A DNA stretch of 64,000 bases, taken from positions 18,347,987 through 18,411,986 of the forward strand of contig OZ316891.1 in assembly GCA_973895155.1 (NCBI GenBank). The letters are read 5' to 3'. Numbering within the stretch: the stretch's first letter is position 1; every line of letters begins with the position of its first letter. Shown here piece after piece: positions 54,503-64,000 of this stretch. The position numbers and the translations under genes were made by a program. The notes below the pieces were generated by a model that had not been told where the DNA came from, ran no database searches, and saw nothing but the letters and a program-made list of their open reading frames with translations. Source of the stretch: Marsupella aquatica. Lineage: Eukaryota; Plantae; Marchantiophyta.

Positions 54503-54936
54503 AAGCAAATTGCATTTACCAAGGAACTCCGTCTCTCGCTCTTCTCTCTGTCGCACGAGGAAACGACTTCATCGAGTCTCCAAACTCTGTCACAAGAAGG
54601 AAAGAAGGTGAGAACTTCATCAAATTGCACGAACCAAACGACCTCATCAGAGCCGTGATTTTCGCACTGCTCTCTTACTCCTCCCTCTTTTCCGTCTCCA
54701 TCTTCGGTTCGAAACAATAATGCGAACTCCTTCCTTGCACCTTCTCTGCTTCCGTCGACCAGAATGGTGCCGCCTCCCGTAACAGACTGGTGATGGTAGA
54801 CATCGATTCTTTGCGCTGTCACCTCTCCTGCCTTCTCCTCCTCCTCCTCCTTCGAACTCAAAACCTCCAGTTTCTGATGACGTCGAGCGTGACTGAATAT
54901 TATTGTGAAGTGCTCATTACTTTCTTTTTTGCGTAT

Positions 54937-55170
54937 GAAAACCAAATGAATTTCATTCAAATTGCCATTTTTGGGGCCATTTTGCCTCCCAAAAACCAAA
55001 AGAAATTTCATTCAAAAAGCCATTTGTCCCACCCAAAAACCAAATGAATTTCATTCAAATAGTCGTTGTTTTTGTCTAAGAAAAACCAAATGAATTACCA
55101 AATAAATTTCATTCAAATAATTTTTTTTGTCTTGAAAAAACCAAATGAATTTCATTCAAATAGTCATTTT
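54937..55170. repeat. AT-rich tandem repeat, about 5 copies
   Basis: aaaaccaaatgaatttcattcaaa and variants at ~54938, 54992, 55036, 55082 and 55137. Confidence 0.85.
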
Positions 55171-56879
55171 TGTCTTGGAAAAACCTGGGACCCCTCACTT
55201 CCAGGGCTAATCCCCTAGCCAACTAACCTAAAGCCAGTGGGTTAGTGATGGTTTTCTAATTACATGTTCCTTGAACATAAATAGAGATGAGGACCAAAAA
55301 TACTTTTTAAAAAATGATTAATTCCCCCTTATTCCCTATTCGTCTTGCCTCTATCCTTGATTTTTTGTTTGAACACATTCAGTTATGCACTCACTTAGAG
55401 TTACTGTCTAGAGGTTCACTCTAAACACTCAATAGAGCCAGGAAATAGATTTCTATCAGGCTTTATTAGTTAGATTGTATCTGGGACTTGAATTAGCAAT
55501 GTCTCAGGGGACTATTATGGGATTTATGGAAAAGCTTTCGCAATAGGTACAGTAGTTCTGGGAAAACTGAATCCAAGTATCACAAACATGTGAGCGCCAC
55601 ATTCCCTCAACTAAATGGATTGAATGTTTACCAGAAGGTAGAGTATTGATACAACATCTTCTTGGAAACCTTTAGGGGTAACCAGATGTCTGATTTAAAA
55701 ATGAAAAATCTGCAAGTAGGAGGGGGGGGGGGGAGTTTTGTTTTTTTTTTTTCAAATGGGAAAAAAAAGAATAAAATGGAATATGTGAGGGATATTATCT
55801 CTGAAAGATACAAGTGAACAAGTGCAGCTCTGAGGAGCCAACACTTATCCAGGTAATGTACTATGCTATAAGTGCAAGGGTTATCATTGATGCAGTTCTT
55901 TATATGCGCATGGTCACTATCTAAAAATGTATGGAAAATCACTTATACACTTACCCTTCATGTTTTCTGGTCACACACATGTGACTCCTGGTACCCTTAG
56001 CATTCATATTGCACAATTCAACTGGATACTTGCATACAGCTACTTTAATTGTTTCCTACTGACATTGTTTAATAAATGCTATCTATGTATGCAATTGTAG
56101 TGTCTGTTGAATGCATGTGTACCTATAGATGAGAAATGCACTTCGGTATTTGTCTTTAGTGCATATATTTTTTCATGTGAGGGTTTGACCAAGTATGTAA
56201 CCTGCATTTTTTGGTGCATTTACAAAAAAAATTCCATGTAATATTAGGGGACAATATGGGTGGCCTGTACTAGTCCTTGGAATGCACTTATCCACTCTGC
56301 ACTTTTTAATATATTTGAACCACTTACACAATAAGTTAAGACTGTATCAGCCAACATAGGCCTCATCACTCCAGGCCCCATCGCTAATTAGCCAGTAAAT
56401 GCAAGATTGCCAATGCTGCACTTATCACATAGTGCAAACCATGAGGATACACTGGACCTTATCTATAAATGGAACATTTTCAATGTTGCACTTATAACAC
56501 ACTTTACTGCAAACAGGTACCTCGTGCTTCGTCGCGAGAGTGTGCACTTAGAGAGGGTAGACTGTACTCTGCTCTAGTTCACACTCTACACTCTAGTGGA
56601 CATCAAATTGCAAATCCATCGACCAATTCCTCATTCTCTTCTGCTCTTTCTCGAGAGTTCGTCGTGATCAAGCTCCTTTCGCCAATTCGTTTCGTTTCGT
56701 TGTTCTTCGTCGCAGTTTGCAGTGGATCCATGTTTACAGTGGATGGACGCGAACCCTCTCAGAGAAACAAGCTGTTGCCGGCGTTGAATGTGTGTTTTGG
56801 GATTCGAGGGGTGCGTGATTTGAAGGCTTTGGTTTCACTGCATTGCTTTGGAGTGGGAGAGCCGAGGTGAAGGATTGCA

Positions 56880-59800
56880 ATGTCGTCGGGGCAGAAATCA
56901 GCGCCCGTGGTGACTTCTTACGAGGCGGCTCAGGCCGTTCGGTTGAGGGAAGATTGGCAGGAGCGGTACCGTGCGCGGGCGAGGGAGGTGATGCAGCGGC
57001 CGAGCTTCGATGGGCAATTCACGGTGTGCATCGTGGGGAGGGCAGGGGTGGGCAAGGGGACTTTGGTGAACCATCTTCTGAAGCGACGAGCGGCCACCGT
57101 GTCGCACAATGCCAGTGGGAACGATTTCGTGGCTCAGCCGTACGTCTTTGGGCGCCTTAGGTTGATGGATATCCCCGGCTACGATGGTCAACATTCCCTT
57201 GCCTCTAATTACAGAACCAGGAAGTAAGTGGATCGTCTCTGTGCGTGGATTAGGAGATTGAGGACCGACGTTTTCCTGACATTTAGCAAATGGTGAGTGC
57301 GAGGAAGCACTTGATGTTGGGATGTAGGATACCATTTCAATCGTTCACAGTGTCGCCATGCCAAATGAGATCCTCTCAAGCGCCGATAGTCCCTGGAAAG
57401 CAATTGGGAACCACTACCGTCAATGAGAAATCAGTTAGTCGTTTCTCAGAGATGTCATTGCGGTGAGGACGGCAGGGCTGAGCTCAGGCGGAAGATCCTA
57501 TCAGAAGTGATGTGGGACTGTCAGTGAAAAGAAACTTTCTTGTGTGAATGGATTGTTTTCACTGTCCGTTATGCAAATGCCCAATAGGTTCAGGCAGGCT
57601 TTGAAGATCCATTGGTGGCTATGAACCGCTACCAGAATGCAAGGTAGAGACTGGTGCTAGCTCACAATACTATCGAAGTGTAATGATTCACCTTGCTCAA
57701 CAACAGCGCACGGTTTCTCAGTGTCTGCTGTTGCTAAAGGAACAGGTTTACTTTCAGTTGAGACTCATAGTGAGTCTTAGAGACTGACAATGGCATTTCA
57801 CGTGGTAAAGTCGAGACCGTCCGTTCTTTCAGTTTAGTCCAATTTGAGTAACAACGTTTGGGTGTGACAGCAGTTGGGTCCGTATATATCAATGTTCAAT
57901 CTTCTTGTCCAGTCTGTAGTACTCTGTCAAGCTTGAAAGCTCTATCGCAATCAATTTCGTTAAGGGAACATTAAAAAGGCTACAATCGATATATATTTAT
58001 ATGCATCAGCTGCAGGGTTGGATATCTAATGGAAACGGGATGGTAGTGATCATCGTTGTTGCTGACTTTTGAGCTGGTGCAAACTAATCATGAATAAGTT
58101 CAATACTTTCCATCTGGTCTGGGTTTATTGCATCTCCAATTAACAATCGGAGTGGAAATCTTCCCTGACGAAGTGCATCACAAGATCTAGTCATTCACGC
58201 TCTGATCTCTCTTTAACGTTGGCTCATATGAGCGTGTCAAGTTTAAATTTTCTTTTTCTAGGTTATTATATCATTGATACGAACAACACCGCTTCACTTA
58301 TCTAGGGACTAGAATTGGTGGGTCTACTGGAGTGTGTAAACCCTTCGGACCATGAGTGCCTGAAACCACTTGATTCAAGGACTGACATATTAATCGGTTT
58401 CCAACTGCTGCCGATGGTTGTTGCAGGGACAGTGGCAAGCCAGAAGGAAGCCTCACCTTAGAACAGTTTGTGGAGTCGTACAAACTTTTCGGGAGCGAGA
58501 CAAGTGCGTTAATTTTTGTGATCAATAACAGGATTACTGTTCATGACAAGGAGCTGATGGCCTTAGCCGTGGCATCACGCAAGTTCTTCTGTATTGTCCG
58601 CACTTACGCTGATTCTGGGGCCCGAATTGACGCCAACGATGAGCGGGTGGCACTTCTGAGTGAAATGGAGCAGGAAATAAGGTACATCTTTTGTTCTTCA
58701 ACTGCAATATGTTTCCGCATGAAAAATGAAGGTTAGTAGCATTTTCTATGGAAAATCAGTAAGCCTATCCTTTTCCGTTTAATACAATCAGCATTATGCA
58801 ACTCAGTTCAGTAGACGTGTTAGTTGAATAGACAGTATTCTTGTTGGTTGGCTTGCGTTCCAAACCTGCAGTCCTTGAATGACGTCACCTAAGTTCCGGA
58901 ATCTTCTAGTAAATGGTAGAATCCCCTCAACATGGTTTTATCATCTCTTTGTTGTTTGCTGCCATCTAGTAGTTTGATCCATGCACCTAGTGAACGGCCA
59001 GTTGACCTTAGTGACTCTGTTCTGTAGATATTCTGTCATGGACAATGAGAGTGTTTACTCATTTCGAGCGTCTGTAATTCTTCTTGTCTACCGATGTAAC
59101 TTCGTCCAATTGTATAAGCTGATCCGCAAGGAGAATGCTGTTGCAGCAGTAGTCGTCTGACATTTCTCACAACATTGCTGATGTAGGGACGAACTGGATT
59201 TGACCAAAAACCTAAATATCAGGATATTTAAGGTCAGTATTCCATGGCCGGAGAGAAAAATTAGTGGAGATCAGCTGCAAGGCATCGACCTGGGTCACGT
59301 CATGGAAAACGCACAAGCACTGGACTTCCCTCTTCTCGCAAGTTACCTTAGTGAGCCAGGAGGCTTGTATGAAGAAGTACAAATCCACAGCGTAGTGGAA
59401 GACTTGGTTGGAGCCTCACTTGAACCCTACATTCACGTCAAAAAGAGGAGGGTCTTCATGGAATTTTCAGAGCATGCTGTGCTTGGCTCCTTGGTACCAC
59501 TGATTGGACCAATTCTTCTTACATTTGTAACTACGCTAATTCATACAATTCGTGCGCTTGGTGCCGTGGGGCTAGTCGAAGATACCGAGAAAGCAGTTGA
59601 TCAAGTAGTCGATGATGCCAAGAATCGGAAGCTTGTTGGGAAAGTTGCAACTAACGAAGGATTGGCAAAAGCATTCGAGGATACTTTAATTCACATATTT
59701 GGGCATACAATTTTTCATATCGCAATCTATGATCTGGCAATGCTTTCAGCAGACGCTACTATTACAGGATCACTGCCAGTTGTGGGGGCATTTGTGTCTG

Positions 59801-59916
59801 CTGCTCGCTTGCCAAGTCGGTACGAGAGAATTGGAGATTTGCTGTCCCAAAAGGCATGTATGCTCCATGAATTATGGATAATGCAGAACATTACAAACCT
59901 TATTCACCTTTCTTGA
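56880..59916 (+). CDS. TRAFAC-class GTPase resembling IRG/IIGP (or DUF697-linked) GTPases, 442 aa. Exons 56880-57223, 58427-58681, 59187-59916
   Basis: G1 VCIVGRAGVGKGT, G3 LMDIPG, IFVINNRIT, G4-like FCIVRTYAD, and a helical C-terminus with hydrophobic VPLIG and LPVVG segments; 1329 nt in frame. Confidence 0.75.
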
Positions 59917-60590
59917 AGTTCTTCAGTATGGCCGACCACGGTTACATTCACGTTACATAGTGTTGACCTGCGATCATCAAACGAGCTCAGAAATTGAGAC
60001 CAGGGACGAACGTGCCGGTTAACAAGCCTTCCAAGAGACGTCGCTCTGAAGAGGCTCTCATGGAGGACTTCTGCGGGAATCTTCTGGCGGACTTTGTTCC
60101 TAGATGGAACCCAAATTGGTGCGGCACTCCTGAATCTTGGCTTCACAAATTTTTGGATGAATGCCAGATTTCACGGCGTCTAGGGAGATTTTGGGACTTG
60201 AGGACCTTTGATTCATTAAATCGAGGGACTGTACCGGAAGATCATAAGATCTGCTCTGAAAGCACATCCTGACATTTCATGAGGTCATCAGGAATAAAAC
60301 CAATCACTTCCGGGAAAATATCTCTATAGAGGCGGAGCATTCTCGCATTGACCACTTTTAGGAAAAACAACTCGACTACGTTGATCTCCAGTCTATTCCT
60401 TTAGACTGCTCAGTCTTCAAGACACATGATAGGGCAATTGCACATATCTTGATCCTGCACAAATGTACACGACTAAACTACTTTACACACGAATACTGCA
60501 CACACCAAGAAGCTCCTGTACTATGTCCTCGGAGGACAGACCTCAAATCCTTATTTAGTCATCACTTAGGTGTACAAAGAATTTGAGTCG

Positions 60591-60742
60591 ATCCAGCTGA
60601 TCAAGCCACATGTCAGGGCAGATATCATACAACGCTTGCAAGGATCAGATATTATATCCAGCTGATCAAGCCACATGTCAGGGAGGTGCATTGCCATCGA
60701 TAATCGAGTGAGGAGTATGCCTCGAGTGAGGAGCATGCCTCA
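60591..60742. repeat. Small direct duplications in the ABCG 3' region
   Basis: atccagctgatcaagccacatgtcaggg twice; tcgagtgaggag.atgcc twice. Confidence 0.8.
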
Positions 60743-60773
60743 CTAAGTATAGTTTCTAGGTGAAGTTTACTTC

Positions 60774-63700
60774 TCAAAGGTCTTCTAGTACATCTCTTCT
60801 TACTTGCTGTTTGCCCCTGCGCCGGTTAGAGTATTTGGAAATTAGATGTCTCACAGCTGGTTGCACATCTTCGGCCACTTTGATCATGAGGAAGAAGAGC
60901 AGTCTGTAAATCACAGCCATAGCGAATATCACCGCCAAATTCACCCATTTACTCCGATCCATGCTAATCTGATATGTAGTACTGACTATATACTCCCCGG
61001 ATATGGGTGGTCCAAGGGGTACTCCATTGTACAAGAAGTTATCAAAAGTGAGCCCCAGAAAGTCATTCTGAAAGAGTCCCTGCGAAAACAACGATCAATT
61101 CATGAGAACAAACCAGAATTACAAGTAGAACATAACAGAGTAAACACAGAGTCAGTTCGGGATAGGGTCCATCAGATGTTTCATTTGTTTTAGCTAGTAT
61201 CTATATTTCAGATCCTCACGGCAGGAAAATTGATCGATCAGAACAGCTGTGTAAAGATGATTTCTAGAGGAAATGGACCTTATTCGACAACTATTGTCAA
61301 ACGAGAAAGCATGAACAGAGCTAATATGTCACTGAGATATAGACGAATCATTGGACGACGGACCTCAAGAGAGTACATATCAAAGCTTATGTAGAACATT
61401 GGATACTTCCACACAGGCTTCGGCAAGTCCTGAGGGAGTCGGAAGTATCCTGCAACAAGCATGAATAGTCCCTGCCACATCAATCCCACAACAGATACTG
61501 AACTGAGAACTCTGGTGTGTTGTTTAAACAGCGAGTATTCAACTCAAATTTGAAGGATTTTTATCGATGTATCCACAATAGGAAAAAATGTGGGGAGAAA
61601 CAGTAGTATTCCAAGCCATACACACCTGAATTCCAGATCCGGTGATGATTCCCATGAGAAAGTTGGGAACGACACTCGCTACCGCCATCATAAGGCCCTC
61701 AACGCAAAGGACGCTCGAGAACAAAATGAGAACGAAGTAGGAAAAATGTTCGAAACCCGGATGGAGCCCGACCATGAAATACATGATGCTGGCGGAGACG
61801 AGTGATATGAGGAACAAGTAAGGAATGGAGGAGAGAGAGTTGCCGACGACAAAAGCTGCAACACCATAGTGCCCATTCATCCGCTCTCGATAGAAAACCT
61901 GAGAATCGATGAGATATGCATGATTGTGAGATCCACGTACTAATTCTTCTAACTGAACCTGTAACACAAGCAAAAAGTTCCTACTGGAAATATTGCATCA
62001 CACTCATATGGCTTGATGTGCAGTCGACTAGGTGCAGGGTAATTTGATTACAATAATTTGATTCTACAATATCCAAATCTCGCCGATAGAATGTCACATA
62101 AGCTTGCGTGCAATGAAAACCAAGCCGAGCTGACATCGCATACCTTCATATCTTCTACAAAGGAAGGAAATCCACCAATGGACATGAATGTCAAAAACCC
62201 TCCAACAAAGGACATGCACCCTGCTCGTCCCTGCAGCCAAATTTCGGGTCAAGATGTCAGGTCAGTTTGTACTCCTCCTTTACACTAAAGAATGAGTCCC
62301 TTTTAATTCCCTTTTAATGGTCATTGAACTCTGGGCGGGCTTCCAAATAGAAGTCCAACGAGAAAGCCCATTCATAATAACTATATAATTATAATAGCGT
62401 CATAAAACACTCCAGATTCCCAGCAGGTGTACGTTTTATGGCTGAGGTACAGGGTTAATCATGGCACTGTCCACGCGATTTCTGAACGGCGATCGGACAG
62501 TTTTCGTTCAAATGTAGACTGTCGAAATGGACAACCTATTTGTACGTACTAGAAAGCGTCGATCGACTCAATTTCCCGCAATCTTTCCGTGCGAAATCGA
62601 AATTCCCCGAGGGGCAATAAGAAACGTTCTCATGCTTGAGAGGTGGCAAGCTAGCTTTCGTGTCTTCACAGGGAAGTCCTGCCAGTGTGCTGACCTGCGA
62701 GATAATCCTACCAAGTACCATACTGGCAGAATTAATTGCTGCAACCTTCGAGAAGTTATAATCATACGATAGGCCGATCGGCTCCGTGCATGCATGTGCC
62801 GATGAACACCCCTCTGGCAGTACTGAAAATTCAGCGGCAGTCCAAGGATTGGCAATTACAGTATTCCATGTAATTATATGACTAAACCTGACGTGACGGA
62901 CATTGAATGGCTACCAGTCTGCCCGATGCGAAACCGTACGTCAGAAATGTGACGAATTTAAGGAGAGCCGCGACCCACACACAAACTCGTATACTGTGAG
63001 ATCTGATGTTAAGGTCTAACGACTAGCTACCGAGAAGACTAGTAATCTAGGAATCTAGAAAGACTGATGTACAGTCATGTATAACGGCACAATACCCAGT
63101 TTGAGATTTACGACCAAGGACAATAGAGTACGTGTTTGGCCCGACGGTAGGTGTTCTCAGCAATCTGAGCTGTCAATGAAAGTTTCCGAACATGATATGG
63201 GCAGCTTACAAAGTAAGTCTCGGCAGATAATAACTCACGAGACATTTCGAAAGCTGGCAAGGGAATGGCCAGGGAGTAAGATCTTACTAGAACAAGTAGA
63301 GCGATGCTCACGGCAGATAGAACGCTACATCGCATGCGCAAACTCTACACGTCGAATCGTCATTGTGGATAGGTTGGGAAGGCGTGTCATCGAGTGAAGG
63401 AATCGAAGATTTACCAGAATAGCACCGAAGCTGTTGCCAACCCTGAAGTACATTGTGCCGATGCATAGACAGAGCAGTATATAGACTGCCAGCCGGAGCC
63501 AATAGTAGCCAATGTCTCGCCACATATTCACAAATGACCTTCTTGTCAAGACGTAACATTGTCTCAAAAAATTGGCTTGGCTCCCGGACCCTTGCAATAT
63601 TACTCCACCCTGCGCACAACGATTGAAGGCAGTGAGAGTTTCACTCTCAGAATACGTAGAGAAATGTATAAGACTGCTAAAGTACACTCATGACTCTCAG

Positions 63701-64000
63701 AGATGTAGAGAAATGTAGAAGACTGCTAAAACAAACTCATGAAAAAGTAAAACTGGCACGGCTGAAAATTCCACTTCTAGCAGTGCGGAGGCCATTCCCG
63801 CCAAATATTAATTCAGTAAGCTTAAAAAAGACTAGGAATTTGGGAAGTCCGGCAGATAGATTATCTTATTCGTTTAAACGTTCTTTATTCGGTGATCATA
63901 ATACCTGCGTAGTGATCTGACTGATTCTCGAGCCGACCTTCACGGCGTACTCCGATGTTTCGAAGTTCTCCCTTAAGATTCCTACCACTTGGGCAGTCGA
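60774..64000 (-). CDS. ABCG half-size transporter (ABCG11/WBC11-like), 3' part. Exons >64000-63905, 63609-63415, 62230-62144, 61898-61626, 61471-61364, 61079-60774
   Basis: [42 protein letters not shown]|[28 protein letters not shown]|[24 protein letters not shown] form an ABC2 membrane domain typical of the ABCG11 clade. Confidence 0.93.

Overview
Intron-containing land-plant nuclear DNA (GT-AG introns; gene content and repeats suggest a non-seed plant such as a bryophyte, but the taxon is inferred, not determined). In order: plastid-type class A DnaJ (-), a repeat-rich spacer with a solo LTR, a CCDC47/DUF1682 gene (-), a ~19 kb tandem cluster of atypical NLR-like genes (+), two tandem zinc-finger/XS-domain genes (-), an IRG/IIGP-like GTPase (+), and the 3' part of an ABCG11-like half transporter (-). 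The cluster is the standout: helical N-terminal domain, NB-ARC-type NTPase, an ARM array and C-terminal TPRs. The ARM array is built of near-identical 267-bp two-repeat units whose variation concentrates at the peptide-binding positions of ARM helix 3, with signs of unit shuffling and different unit numbers between paralogues. This resembles a recombination-diversified receptor like fungal NLRs with highly conserved internal repeats. All exon models were spliced by hand. No database searches were run, so novelty is untested.
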